Below are positions 36,913 to 49,764 of a stretch of DNA of 64,000 nt, in pieces (positions within the stretch are counted from its first letter, which is position 1; each line of letters begins with the position of its first letter). The stretch lies in the NCBI GenBank assembly GCA_051530055.1, contig CM121342.1, positions 13,159,480-13,223,479 on the forward strand, read 5' to 3'. The notes beneath the pieces are model-generated. The model was not told the origin of the DNA, searched no databases, and saw only the letters and a program-made list of their open reading frames with translations. The translations under genes and the position numbers were made by a program. This DNA is from Neoechinorhynchus agilis. Lineage: Eukaryota; Animalia; Acanthocephala.

Positions 36913-38083
36913 GTTGTACAATAATAAGCCAGAATCGTGCAATTAAGCTTGAAATATTCCCGCCTTTATAACTCCTTTATCTATCGTTTGGTATTTTGAG
37001 TTTCCAATCACTTTTGTACGGTTGTGGCGATTCCATGTGTGTACGTATCTTCAGAATCACTTTATCTAAGATCACCAAGTATTTTGTGGTACTGCATTCG
37101 TCGTACATATCCCGATCTGCATTTTAAAATGTAATTTAAACACTGAAGCTTCTCGATAATGCGAGTTGTCGTATGAATTTTCGTTTCTATAGGCAGAAAC
37201 TAAAAAGTTAAAATGCACTTCTTGAATCATTAAGCGCAATAGCAGCGAATTTCTTTTAACCATAACAAAAATAATCTATTACTTTTACTAGGGGAGACAT
37301 GAACGTGAAACCTTAAAGTTTTCTGATTTGACAATGTAAAGTCTACGTTAAGCATATTTTATAATTCCTATTTCACTTCAATATTTTTCAGTCCATGAGT
37401 ATGTATACATCACATAGTAAATAATGAGTAGGTGTTTTTTCTATCGAGACGGTTTCTGATCTTTTTTAGATTTTACTCTTTGTTAAAGTTGAAAAACACA
37501 CTTCTTTGTTTTGATTTTCGAACACGTCGACTTTGGTTTTCCCAACGGATACAATAATACAAAAACGTTGGTCAGACCCTTCGTTTGAGAAATTCTGAGA
37601 GCGACATGGTTCTTCACGCATACTCGTGACCGCAATTAAATGGTTCAGAGGCTTTAGATCAATAAACGCCTCATTTAATCGAAGGTGTGTTCAGGTGTTG
37701 ACAAGCGACGTAAACAACAACATTTTAAATATAAAATGAGAATTTCGACGCCTTTTTCAGTTAAGAAGGCTGTCATTTTCGGATTCGCACACGTGAATCT
37801 TTCTCATCAGTCGACTTTCTTTGAATTTCATTGAATTCAGACTGATTTGAAAAAAACTTACAAGTAACCTGAAGAAGTCCGACCAAACGGACGAAATATT
37901 GAGAGCAATAAATCAGTATCTATTCTTCTCATCACCAAAGAACACAAATACAAATGAACAACGTCTTTGCAAAAAGTGCTTAATCGTGACTGGACAGTAT
38001 TTTCACTCGCGATTGCGTGCACATAATCGAAAAACGCCAAAAAAATTTAACTATAATTTTGGTATTTGATCTTGTGCATTCAA

Positions 38084-38287
38084 ATGGACTTTGGAACTTC
38101 CATGTTCATAATCGTACTTCTAGCAGTGCTAATTGTGTTCCAGACCTTGGCACTGATATTTCTTGTCGTGTACGACGTCCAGTCAGAGCTCGTGCGTGTT
38201 GGATTTGAGACAATCGAGGACAAAGAAGACAAGGGAAATGACTTTAATTACAAGATGAACACCCAATATCTTATGTCTTTGTTGTAA
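38084..38287 (+). CDS. Possible small single-pass membrane protein
   Basis: MDFGTSMFIIVLLAVLIVFQTLALIFLVVYDVQ followed by a charged tail; 67 aa, no homology recognised. Confidence 0.3.
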   Translation: MDFGTSMFIIVLLAVLIVFQTLALIFLVVYDVQSELVRVGFETIEDKEDKGNDFNYKMNTQYLMSLL

Positions 38288-38907
38288 ATTGGTAAATGGC
38301 ACCTTCTTTTGTAAAGTAGATTTTTCCATTAACATGAAAAATGAAATTATGCTTCACAAGACAGATCGATGCTGAGATTCCTCTTGCGCATTCCGTGTCA
38401 GCAAGTAGCTATTCAAGAAGCGCTTGTTGTGATCATTATATTAAATCTCAAAATAGTTAAATTTGATACAAATCGGACAAGATAAGATGCTTGTGCAAAA
38501 ATTAATAATTCACAAGATGACAATGTTAAGTTTTTTCGGATAAGAAGTTATACTATAAGTAATGCAAAATTACGGCCAAATGGCACATTTATTCAGGTAA
38601 AACGGTAAAAACATTTTTAATTAAACAGACATTCATTTAAAGAGGTAAATAGGATGAATAACTCGAATGATCGCATAAATTTACTTGTTGATTGACTTTT
38701 ACAAATCCTGGCAATCTTCTGAGAACTAACGTGTTTATAAAAACCTATCAAAATGTTGATCTTTCCAAGCAGCGTTCAGAGTATCGTTCATGTTAATATT
38801 TACCAATAAAACCGGAAATGGTACATATAGAGATGCTAAAAGTACACGATTGTAAATTTATTTCAGAATTGCAAAATATATACACACAGCCAAGTACATC
38901 GTCTTAT

Positions 38908-41900
38908 TCAGATTCTTGTCTTAAGATTTTCGAGTGTAGAACATGTTCGGCTACCATTCGTGTCCACTTGTTTATAAGCTCTTGGATTTCCTACTTGATT
39001 TAAAGTTGATGCAGTATTGCTGGACAAAAGTCGAGTAGTGACTCCGTCGCAGTCTTCATCGCACTGACTTGACGAAGAAGAGGATGCAGTTCCAAGGATC
39101 GAACTCAAAGGACTAACTCGTCCTCCAGGCCAACAAGCACTTGCCCGTCCTTCACTCGCATATACGATCACAGAGTCAGTTTCAGTGGTTGTTGCTCGTT
39201 GTATTTGCGGACTTAATTTCATAGGCCTGTATCCATTTCCGACCGGAATCGCCACTGGTTTCCGAAGCATTGAAAGATCAAATTGCATTTGATCTTGCTC
39301 CCCCGCAGCATCATCATCTCCGTAGGTCTCTAATGTGTCCGGCATTTCGTTTTCATCGAACACAGGTAAATTTCCATCTCCAAAGTCGTCGTAGGACCGA
39401 GCGATAAAGGCAGTTAGAGGGTCCGATTCCTGGTTCCTTTTTACAAAGACAACGACAAGGATAACGAGACTAAGTAACAAAACGCATAAGACGAACATCA
39501 TTAGAAGCCATACCCAAGATGGAAGCAGAGATGGCGACACTGATCTCGGTAAAATGGTTGAATCGCACAATACTTGATGTCGACATGGACAGGGTTGCCC
39601 AGAAGCTTCACTGTTACGATATGCCACTCGTTCAAGAGATTGTGGAAGGTGGAGATCAAGGAATTGGCCATTAATGGTCACATGTCTAATACACCCTTCG
39701 AACTCATGAACTCTTAAAACGTCTTTAAGAACATCACGAACACGTAGGCGTTCTGGAATGCCGCCAAGATACAGAGCATTGTCAGAAGGGGTTGAAGCTT
39801 CCACGAAACCTGAGTTGTCAGCGTCTTTTAAACTGATTAGACGCGTTTGGCACTGATCAAGATGAACTCGTGCTGCAGATCCGACGAATTCGATATCAAC
39901 GTGATGCCAGAGTCCGTCTACAAGATCAACTCCGATGAAATTAATTTGACTTTTGCCAATGGTTACACTAAGTGAACCATTGATCAGTTGAACGACAAGA
40001 GCGTCATCCCCCTTTGTTGATGGAAAATTAAGCATCAAAAGACCGGCTCGACTTTCCGAGAGAGATGTAAATTCAAAATGGATTTTTGTAGGTCTACACA
40101 TTTCAATCCGTTTGAAGCGCACATATCCGCTTTTGGAGAAGCTTCTTACTAAAGCTTCGCATCTGGGTCCATTGAATCCGATTGGGCAATCACAGAAAAA
40201 ATCGACTCCATCATCACGACATTTTCCACCATTTCTGCATTGAGGAAAACTACCCAGACAGCTTCGTTGTCCTGGGTGAAGTGCAAAGTAGTTGGAGCAT
40301 GCACACATTGGGGCATAATGCATATCGATCCCGGCAAATGAAGTTCGATTGCTATTTGTGACGTATGGTTTGCGTGAATTCACCACTAGATTAGCCGAGC
40401 ACGACAGTTCATTTGGGCATTGAAATTCATCACCGGAACATATGGTGGAATCAATAGCTCCAATTTGTGGGGTTCGATTGAAAAATATTGTCAATAGATC
40501 CGATCGACGCCGTAATCGATGTTCAAGATAAAGTCGAGACATGGATTTCACCGTAAGATAAACATCCATACATTCATCCATGGAGCGAAGATGAACTTTT
40601 CGAATGTTCAGAAGAACAACTTCGTTCATTGGGACATTAAGAATCGCACTAATGTTAGACACCAAAAGTTCGATGGAACTTTGAAGTGATCGATTAGTTG
40701 TTTTAGCAATAAAAGTCTCGTGAATCGGATAATCATGCCCATGGCTCCATCGAGAAGTAGAAGGAGGCGCACAAAACCTTATTCTTGCAGCATCGTGGAG
40801 ATCCCGTTCATTAACGTAGCGAAGGCTCATAAAGACGTATCCAGTGGCTGACAGACCGATCGCCCGGTCAAATACGTCCACTTTCATCTCATATTCGTCA
40901 TTTTCAGGAGCATCTACATCACCTTCCGTTAGACCGGACCACCGGATGTTGCCAAATGAATCGAGGGTAAAAGGAAATCCGATAGAAGTTGGTAACGGTG
41001 TGAAGGTTTTTTCGTGTCTATCCCAATCATCGAGATCTTCGACGAATACATCGCCGACAAAAACACCGGGCCGTTGGCGTTTTCGTGCCAGCGCTCCTGT
41101 CAGTGCCATCACTACAATATGTTTGTCGCCATCCGAATGTTCGTTGTCGTCCTTGTCGCCTACAATTGCTGGGATTCTCACAAATCCACTCATTCCTTTA
41201 GCATCTCGAACTCGTAGAGTGATTGTAAAATGTTTGCATGAAATCAGTGATCCGTCGCTTTTTTTACGTTTAGCCTCTCGATCAAGAACTCCATTGAGAT
41301 GATGAAGTACGAACGCATTCGGTGAACTAAGACGAGTTATACGAAGATTCCGTAAGCTCACGCATTCCGGTGGATTTACAGAGACAATTTCGGGGGTGGG
41401 AAAAGGCCCAGCATTTCCCGCCGAAGCTTCATCCAGATCACTGAGTCTGAATTTAAATCCTGCCTGTTTTTCTTCTTCCATAAATACATATCGATCGCTT
41501 TCGAGAGTGCTCTCATCAATGTGTGGAGGATGATTATTGACATCAATGAGACTTATATTAAGGATTGCGTAGGTTACTGGAGATAGCTGTTGCTCCGATG
41601 ACCATATTGAGGATGAAAGTTTTCGAGACCGAGCAGCAACAGGGATGAGCCAGATATCCCTTCCACGAGGACCATCGCGGTCCAGGCCTTTTCTCAGAGA
41701 TACAACGTTCCCGTCTAACTTGAAACAATCAAGACACTGATCTTCATCAGCCATCAGTTCATAAACCACGTCACCTTCTCCGCTTGCATGAAGACGAAAC
41801 AAACTATGAGATGTTGTGTTTTCGGTCACAAGAGCGTTGCGGCCGTTCCGATCAAAATGCCACACTGGAGCATCGTTGGACGATTTGGTAAGGTTTATGT

Positions 41901-44523
41901 TCACCTCAATAGTATCATGGTTCTTTGAGTCTGAAGCCTGAACATGGAGCCGATAGAATGAACGTGTTTTGTAATTAAGACGACCGACGACGTAAATCTC
42001 AGCTATGGCTTCATGATAAGCATGATTCACTTTCCACCCAGCCCTTCTTTTACGGACGGCAAAATGGCCTCCTTCATTCCCGTCTACAATACTGAATTGA
42101 AGATCCGTGTCGAAATCTGGATCCGTGCAAAGTAACTCAACCACTGTGTGTCCGATATCGAGCGCGTCTCCTATACTCGCATGAACTTGTTCAACCAGAA
42201 ACCTTGGAGTGTTATCGTTGACGTCAATGATCTCAACTCTCACAGCCACCGAGTCGGTGTTGGGTTCTTTGAGCCCATATCCATTAGCGCCGTCATACGC
42301 TTCAATATAGAAACTATAGAGACTTTGTTGCTCCCGGTCAAAAGTGCCATTAGCAATTATCTCGCCCGACTCACTTACTGAAAACAAATTACGGACAGAA
42401 GATTCGTCTTTTCCAGCTTTGAATCTGTACCGGACGTAGTTGTTGGGATAAGAAATATCCTGGTCAAAAGCCTGAACTTGACCAATCTTCATTTGTTTAA
42501 CTTCACCTTCTAGTAAACTTAATCTTAATTCCGAACTGTCGAACATTGGGATCTGATCGTTTTCATCTATTACATTTACCAGACATAGACCGACGAGACT
42601 TTGAGGACTTTGAATATCCTGAACTCGAATGTACAGATAATGTTGAGTTTTAAGTTCGGCATCAAGCTCATTGAGCACTCGTATACCCGACGAATATTTA
42701 GAAGTGAATGCATCTACAAGACCTAGAAACTCCGTTTTGGCACTGACGAATAGCGCTCCTTCCGGTCTAGGATAGAGGCGAAATTGTGGAGATTGAACAT
42801 CTTGCGACCCAGTCACATAGAACAGAAATTTTCCGTTGAAATTCTTGTCGTGAATGTTAAGCGAACTACCGTGTTTTGAATAATACTTTTCGGAAATATT
42901 CACACTCATGTCGCTAAACTCACGTTCTGACCATTCAAATTCAGTTTGATTACCGTGCCCATCACTAGGACTCACAAGTTCAATTGTCACCTCTGCATTT
43001 TCCCTACTACGAAGAGGTGGACGACCACAATCGGTTGCGGTTATGTTGAGTTTATAAGGAAAATCCCGCCGATTTACTTTATTGGTAGCGAGATTGATAA
43101 ACCCTGTGTTTTCGTCAATTCTAAAATATTTGTTTGAACGAGGATTTAGTGTGTACTTGATACGAGCATTTTGTCCAGAATCTTTATCGGTCGCAATGAC
43201 CCTCAGGAGAGTACGATTCCTCTCGACCATGCCATTATTGTTTACAATCAAATGATATTTGTATTCAGGCGCAGTGAACACTGGTTCATTGTCATTAACG
43301 TCGGTTATTTGAATTTTAAGGAAGCAGAAATCCTGACGCGGCTGGCGGCCAGAGTCTTGAGCAAATATTAGCAAGAAGTAAGTATTTACCGAATGAGGAG
43401 CGTCGTAGTCGAAACTTTCAGTTACATAAAGGCTCACATTTCGCTGATGTCCAGATTGAGGATGTTTAACGAGACGAAACTTCGAGTAAGCATCATTTCG
43501 ACTGCTCGATTCCGGAAAGAAGAAATCAATTCGTCCATTAGGACCTTCGTCATAATCTTCAGCTCCAAGATTTCCCACAGGAAAGCTAACTGTGTGGCCT
43601 TCTTGAATCGTAATTGATTGACCACATAAAGGGCTCGTGAAACGAGGAGCCTGTTTATTAACGTCGATGATCAAAATTCGAACTGATGTTCGATTTGAAA
43701 GACGAGAGCATCCATGACTGCCAAGACCACAGGAAGCTCCATCATCATTAGCTTCAACGTGCAAATCGTAGAATTTGGCGTAATCATCGGTTATGGAATC
43801 TGCTGGTGGACTAACGTTGCTTAAATTCACAAGAGGTTTAATGACACCGGATGTTCTATTAACCATAAAAATGTCGCGATGATTAAGTTGTTCATAGGTG
43901 ACTCCGTCGCCATCCGGATCGGCAGCTTGGATGGCTCCTATGATACTGTGAACGGGGGCGAGTTCACTTACGTGAATCACGTCCGGACTAACGAACTGTG
44001 GTGCTCTCATGTTGAAATTATCAAGGCCACATTGCACTACAGCAGAAGCTGCTCTGTGAATATATGGAGATTTTGATTGAGCCGTAATTTTGAACGTATA
44101 TCGGTGATCCGGATTTGTAAAGTAGTCAAGTTGTTGAATTAGAACGAGACAGTATCTTATTTTTACGGTCTGCTGAACACTTCTATCCTTTCTACTTGGC
44201 AAATAGGGTGCTTCGAATCGAACGAGCTTTACTTCGAATTGATGAGGACGACTTGTAGTCACGTTGAATAGATCAGGACTGTCCGAATTTTCTTCTGACT
44301 GATAGGTTCGATAAATAAGTTCAAAATCCAATATTGACGAGCCCAGTTTTTGATTGATAGATACGTTTTCGCGCACGTATACTGGCTGTTCGAATCGGAT
44401 GCTGTCTCGTTCACCAAGTGAGAATAGATCGATACCGTCATATGTACATTCGAGAGGTTGAACATCGGAACACGTAAATGCTAGCAGTAGTAAAGACAAT
44501 ACGGTTAATAGATTTGAACTCAT
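38908..44523 (-). CDS. Classical (non-chordate type) cadherin, single exon, 1871 aa
   Basis: Signal peptide; about 10 EC repeats (DVNDNEPVF, DENDQIPMF, DVNDNTPRF, DRE motifs); non-chordate domain; EGF CRNGGKCRDDGVDFFCDCPIGFNGPRCE; one LamG (DGLWHHVDI, FEGCIRHVTING); TM; cytoplasmic TYGDDDAAGEQDQMQFDLSML. Confidence 0.92.
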   Translation of the reverse strand: MSSNLLTVLSLLLLAFTCSDVQPLECTYDGIDLFSLGERDSIRFEQPVYVRENVSINQKLGSSILDFELIYRTYQSEENSDSPDLFNVTTSRPHQFEVKLVRFEAPYLPSRKDRSVQQTVKIRYCLVLIQQLDYFTNPDHRYTFKITAQSKSPYIHRAASAVVQCGLDNFNMRAPQFVSPDVIHVSELAPVHSIIGAIQAADPDGDGVTYEQLNHRDIFMVNRTSGVIKPLVNLSNVSPPADSITDDYAKFYDLHVEANDDGASCGLGSHGCSRLSNRTSVRILIIDVNKQAPRFTSPLCGQSITIQEGHTVSFPVGNLGAEDYDEGPNGRIDFFFPESSSRNDAYSKFRLVKHPQSGHQRNVSLYVTESFDYDAPHSVNTYFLLIFAQDSGRQPRQDFCFLKIQITDVNDNEPVFTAPEYKYHLIVNNNGMVERNRTLLRVIATDKDSGQNARIKYTLNPRSNKYFRIDENTGFINLATNKVNRRDFPYKLNITATDCGRPPLRSRENAEVTIELVSPSDGHGNQTEFEWSEREFSDMSVNISEKYYSKHGSSLNIHDKNFNGKFLFYVTGSQDVQSPQFRLYPRPEGALFVSAKTEFLGLVDAFTSKYSSGIRVLNELDAELKTQHYLYIRVQDIQSPQSLVGLCLVNVIDENDQIPMFDSSELRLSLLEGEVKQMKIGQVQAFDQDISYPNNYVRYRFKAGKDESSVRNLFSVSESGEIIANGTFDREQQSLYSFYIEAYDGANGYGLKEPNTDSVAVRVEIIDVNDNTPRFLVEQVHASIGDALDIGHTVVELLCTDPDFDTDLQFSIVDGNEGGHFAVRKRRAGWKVNHAYHEAIAEIYVVGRLNYKTRSFYRLHVQASDSKNHDTIEVNINLTKSSNDAPVWHFDRNGRNALVTENTTSHSLFRLHASGEGDVVYELMADEDQCLDCFKLDGNVVSLRKGLDRDGPRGRDIWLIPVAARSRKLSSSIWSSEQQLSPVTYAILNISLIDVNNHPPHIDESTLESDRYVFMEEEKQAGFKFRLSDLDEASAGNAGPFPTPEIVSVNPPECVSLRNLRITRLSSPNAFVLHHLNGVLDREAKRKKSDGSLISCKHFTITLRVRDAKGMSGFVRIPAIVGDKDDNEHSDGDKHIVVMALTGALARKRQRPGVFVGDVFVEDLDDWDRHEKTFTPLPTSIGFPFTLDSFGNIRWSGLTEGDVDAPENDEYEMKVDVFDRAIGLSATGYVFMSLRYVNERDLHDAARIRFCAPPSTSRWSHGHDYPIHETFIAKTTNRSLQSSIELLVSNISAILNVPMNEVVLLNIRKVHLRSMDECMDVYLTVKSMSRLYLEHRLRRRSDLLTIFFNRTPQIGAIDSTICSGDEFQCPNELSCSANLVVNSRKPYVTNSNRTSFAGIDMHYAPMCACSNYFALHPGQRSCLGSFPQCRNGGKCRDDGVDFFCDCPIGFNGPRCEALVRSFSKSGYVRFKRIEMCRPTKIHFEFTSLSESRAGLLMLNFPSTKGDDALVVQLINGSLSVTIGKSQINFIGVDLVDGLWHHVDIEFVGSAARVHLDQCQTRLISLKDADNSGFVEASTPSDNALYLGGIPERLRVRDVLKDVLRVHEFEGCIRHVTINGQFLDLHLPQSLERVAYRNSEASGQPCPCRHQVLCDSTILPRSVSPSLLPSWVWLLMMFVLCVLLLSLVILVVVFVKRNQESDPLTAFIARSYDDFGDGNLPVFDENEMPDTLETYGDDDAAGEQDQMQFDLSMLRKPVAIPVGNGYRPMKLSPQIQRATTTETDSVIVYASEGRASACWPGGRVSPLSSILGTASSSSSSQCDEDCDGVTTRLLSSNTASTLNQVGNPRAYKQVDTNGSRTCSTLENLKTRI

Positions 44524-45192
44524 TTTATCCGTCTACAATGTAAGGGAAGGAATTAGCGAAAGGTGCAAAAAAGTCCGAAACAATGGATGTGCGATGAGAA
44601 TTCGAGTGCGTAAGCATCCACCCATCACCACACAGCATAATTAATGTTTGCCTTTTCCTGTATAACTCTGGAACAATTTTGGTAGACTCGCCGCTGCAGG
44701 AAGCCCTTGTAAACGAAGATGAAAATGTGCTTTGTCCGTAGAGAAAAGGTTATCTATCTCTTCAGGGAGCAAATGGCAAGGATAGAAAAATGGCGTGATG
44801 ATTTTTTGGACAGGCGCTGTGGATGTCAACAAATGATTGGTCTGTCCTTCTGATCGATCAATCAATCTGTAGGGAATCATTTCGAATCAGAAGGGAGAAA
44901 GCAATATTCCCATGGGTTCCTGGTTTAATACGAAATCAAATTACTAGGTAGACGCACTTAATCAACCTCTTAATTAACACGACCACCGCTATTTTGTAAA
45001 TTGCGGAACCAAAACATGCCAAAGAAAATCGAATAACTTCTTCAAATAATGTTCGATCTTTTTGACTCATAGTTCAATCACGATATTTAATACTGAATCT
45101 ATCAAATTTTGAAAATAATATCCGCGATATATTTAATAATATTTAGTATTAATAAAATATGCGTAAAATATTAATTATACATTAATGAATTT

Positions 45193-45385
45193 GTTTGAAG
45201 ATTGAATTGTTCATGATCTTTATGACCGTTAAATTAAAGGAATTTATTAAGTCCAATATTTCGGCACAATCTTGTGCCTTTATCGAGGGTTTTTAGGATT
45301 CCTCTGCAAAAACCTTGAAAAATGCACAAGATTGGGCCAAAATATCGGACTTAATAAATTCCTTCAATTTTTAAGTCATAAAAAT
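45193..45385. mobile_element. MITE-like family A, full copy
   Basis: Leader tgtttgaagattgaattgttcatg; IR ggaatttattaagtcc.atatt..ggcacaatcttgtgc / gcacaagattgggcc..aatatcggacttaataaattcc. Confidence 0.8.
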
Positions 45386-48300
45386 GGCTGAATTTCCCGT
45401 TTTCAATCAATTGATTGCCCAGAGCAAAATATAAAGGCCTCGCAAAAATTGTCCATCTGAATCTTCTCTAAAATGATATTCTCGGAAACATTTTCGTGGA
45501 ATCAGTCGTTAATGTTGAAAAGAGGTCAGCATGGATCATATTCAGGATGACTATTGATGCCATTTGAATGGCGATCGGTGCACTTTTCAGAAGTGGTATT
45601 TGAGTCTTTCTTTTTGATGAATACACCAAAACAATGGGGAGAAGGCAATCTCGACCGGTTGTGGAAATTCGAGATTTTAAGGGATGAGTACTCGTGTATC
45701 CGAGGTGGAAGCATCAGGACGATGACGGATACGTGGTCACCCGCATAAAGCGAGAATCGCTTTGACTAGAGAACTGTTGAGGGCAGAAGGCAATGCATGC
45801 ACACACACAATTAGTTTCAGACAAGAGATGCTAAAGGCACAACGATCGGACGTAGTAAGCATTAAGACTGAGGGCAGGCTTAATTGGCTACTGTGCTATG
45901 TATCGCAAACGTCCAAGCGCGGGCTTTAGTCTTCAAAAACTTTGAAGAAAGAAGTTCAATCTAAAGTAAGGCAATCATCACGGGTTGGGGGGAGATGATT
46001 GGCAATAAAATCTTTTGAAAGAATGGTTTTATTACATTGTAATTTCAGCTTAGGCGTCTTTAGAGATAATAATAACCTCGATTAATCCTACAGATTTTAA
46101 AATAGTTCAAATGGGAAATTTTTTATGTCTCCTTTATTTCTTTGGATGCGACTCATTATATAAATTTTACTTTCTCATTAAAATGGCTAAAACCTCCTTA
46201 TTAGTCCAAAATTTTGTAAAGGCAAGAAGTCACGTGACGGTGGGCAGATTTTTATCTATGTGATAATTGATTTAGCACGTGAGATTGGTGTTGAAAATGT
46301 GCTATCAAAGAAAAAACTTATTCTGAGACTCAGTTTCGAATTTTTTCCACTAATGAAAGTCACAGAAAGGGGACACTTTACAAGTCTCCGCTTGATGCAA
46401 AAGCGCCATACAATGCGGACTATTAAAATCCACTCTATTAAAATTCTTTTTAGCTATAAAGTCACAACAAAGAAACTTTTAAAGTATTCAGTAAGCATTG
46501 TATTTGACTTCTTTCAATTTCTTTCCATAATTTCAACGTCGAGACTAGGTCAGTTATTGATCAGAGGGTAGACAGGAAATAGTATTCGTTAAAAATTCGC
46601 TCGTTAATTTTTCCAAGCCCGATACATGATCGACCGAACTCTGCCGGCAGACATCGGCACCACCGCTTCGTCCCAATCTGTCGGAAGCGGTTGTCATGAA
46701 GCTCGTCAGGTGGACGTTTCGGGTGCCCGTCATGTCAGGCACATCAGGAGCAGAATGCTTCAAATGTTCGTTGACAAAAATATCTTTAGTCCATTCTAAA
46801 AACGGGGATGGGACTACGGAGTCGCATTCGTTGGATTATAATTGAGGACCTTGATGGAAGGGCATCTCAAGGACGACGATGCAATTACCTTGCATTCCAA
46901 TCTATATGAAAAAAGTGCATTTTGAAACAAACGTTCTTGATTCAAATAACTTGCCAGGTTAATGCCGTCAAATTTCAATCAATATTCAAAGTTCTAGAAC
47001 TCTCAAGATCATAAAATGGCTACCGGTCTCAGAATGTGCTATTATGCGACATAATGAGAAAAAAGTTAAAAGTTAATCCAACTTTGAAGCAAGAGCCATC
47101 CTAGGCGCTTTTCGAACTGGTTGGCGACTTCTGCCATAAACATCGCTCGATTACGTCCGACACTGTTGTCGCCTTTGTGCCGATTAGTCTGCTGCTGCCA
47201 ATGCAAGAAGTGGAAGAGCGCCCCCCTAAAATTCTGCGTGCCCCTTCTAATGGATCCAACGTGCGCTCGGCAGTATGTGTGAGAAACGTCTAATGTCAAA
47301 AGAAGGAGGCTTGTAGAAAGTCGAGCAGGCGTTTGGGACCGCTCGACATTGTGTCTGTAGTTGCTACTTAATTCAATGAAACGTGTAATATAGCGTAAAA
47401 ATTGTTAAAGAAACTCAATGACCGGAACTTTTAGTAGCAGACTATCGTCGACTGTTCCTTCGAAGCGCTCTTTTTACCGAATTTCGTTTGATTCGCCTCA
47501 GGATATTGAGGTCAAGTAAAATATAGAAAACTATGAACCTTTTCAGGGTCGATAAGGTCTAAAAGATTTGTCCAGCGACAATAACGCTCCGGAGAATTAA
47601 AAAACTCAATGCCAAAGATCTATCCGGAAATATGAAGGGCAATGTCAATCGCGACTTTTGAAGAAATGAACAGTTCAAGTTAGTACGATTTTAAGACTTA
47701 TGACAAAATACCGCGGATGCCAGCTATTAGAAATATGCTGAATGTGTGCTTCTCTACCCGAAAAAAGAGAGTTTGCTCGTTTAGTAAGTGAAACGGGTTT
47801 TGCCCGAGAACTGAAATTTTTGTTTTGATACTTTCCTAATGAGATCGAAATGTTTTTTATAGGTTCTGTTTCAGTTAAAAAATAGAAAAACTATTTTTTC
47901 ATATTGAGGTTACAATTGCAATCGGTACTAAATAATATCACCGATGACGAGTAATACGAAGTGGAAACCATTATCGTGATCATGCTCACAGGATACTACT
48001 TAATGACTGATTAAGGGGGCAGTCAATGGACAATTTCATTTGCTTCAATTGTATGATCGTCCAGGGAGATGCATTTGTGTTGATTGACGTCTAACGAGAC
48101 CGAATATAGCGATTAAAATGATCAAAAGTGAGAACCGTCCTTTTAAAGCGATATGATTACGGTGGAGATAAGGATGGCTAAAAAAGTGAACTTCAATAAT
48201 TGCCAGTAAAAACTGCGCTATAGTTCCAAGAACGGTGCCTTGAAATCCCGTATCAAAATCAAAAGTTTATTGAGCCAGATCTAAAGCAATTATCTAAAAG

Positions 48301-49764
48301 CCCATTATTCCACATACCACCTAATTTACGTTCCACATACTTAATGCAATTCCCAGGAACGATCTACTTCGACCTGAGAACTAGATTCTCGCTGTAAGAT
48401 ATCTTCAACTATTGCACCAAACGAATTACCTGCATGGTATCGTGACGAATCTTGCCTCGTATCTCCATTATCGCATTAACCGTGACCAGTTTTAGATAAC
48501 CCGAAAAATAGTAGGATCTTAAGTGTCAGCTTTGTTGCAATGATGGAATTACAATCGATCAAACGTTGTTTGAACTGAATCCTTAAAAAAAGAGTACTCA
48601 TGACGCCCTCTTTAATTTTAAAGAATTTACCTTGTTGTAAAAGATGGCAACAACAATGTGATTAAATGAATACCTCTCCCAAAAACTATCGAATTAGATG
48701 TTTAATGAGTTTCTAAACTAAAGTAATCACTTTGAGTTTTAAGTATCCGAAATAAGCCGGCAAATTTTGTATTTAATCGTGCATTTTCGGATTTAGTGGT
48801 TGATCTCGGACGACAAATATTATTAATAATAACACGTTTTATTAGTTAAGGCACAGAGAATAGGACCCATGTACATTTGGGCCTTCATAAACACTCGAGG
48901 TCTAAATTTAAAATTAAACTGGCTATTGATTTTGGAGTAGCTTACGAGTCCATTGTGGTGGGAATATCCGGTCGGAAGGACGTCCGTTCGAGTGGGAATT
49001 GGTGGTTTTTGTTTGCATTAGAGCTTGTGAGGTTGGGTAACTCCTCGAGTTCATTTCGGGATCTTGATACCCGAGAAGATTGGGCAATGTGAAAAAAGGA
49101 GCGGAGGTTGCGAGGTCGAGGGAGCATGAAATGAATTGGGATTACTAGTGTTGTGCTCATGTAAATAGGGGAAAACATGTGGTTAGTAAGAAACAAGGAT
49201 CTTCGATTTATTTTTGCAATTATATATCTAAGCGATATTGTAGTGAAATCGCAACTAAAGATTATACATCAATATTTTTTAATCGTAGACTCAACTTTGA
49301 TTAATACACTTAAGAGCGGTAATTTATAGTTTTAAACGAGAAAATATACATATAGATGAATTGTTTTTTTTGTTAACTGTGATAGCTAAGTTCGCTTTAT
49401 TTTGAATCAAATGATCACTGAAAGCAGCAGATAAAATTCACTATAAACAATGTATTTGCACAATAGAGAATATAAAAAATAAGATCGTTTAAAATTCTAA
49501 GTTGATTTCGGCAAATGTTCGTCTCCGGATGTATTTGAGCTCGAATTTTAGTCAATAGAATTAACGCAATTATTCTTTGTCATATGCCAGTCGCCTTTAA
49601 AAGTTACTTCGCTTTTTCCACCTTACCGATCATTGAAGATAAAATCATTTGCATTCAGATAGTTGGAATATTTTTGGAAATATTGCAATAAATTTGCAGC
49701 ATTGTGATTGGTCCTCAAGACACATTTTCTCAGCGGCATTATCATTTTTTTCTTTAACAGTGTT

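Noticed and set aside
37741-37810. Hammerhead-like CTGATGAG..GAAA with two hairpins on the minus strand
   Set aside because: Stems I and III cannot be formed and the second core is doubly mutated; at best a decayed family-2 relative
40149-44465. Many 60-150 aa ORFs overlapping the cadherin, and similar ones over SRM, twinfilin and CABIT
   Set aside because: Shadow ORFs expected from GC-richer coding DNA; no motifs
46554-47350. Two GC-richer patches with short ORFs upstream of the cadherin
   Set aside because: No consistent frame, strand or homology; could be regulatory or UTR sequence
48877-49200. Possible LINE 3' fragment (IPIHFMLPRPRNLRSFF)
   Set aside because: Similarity too short to support a call
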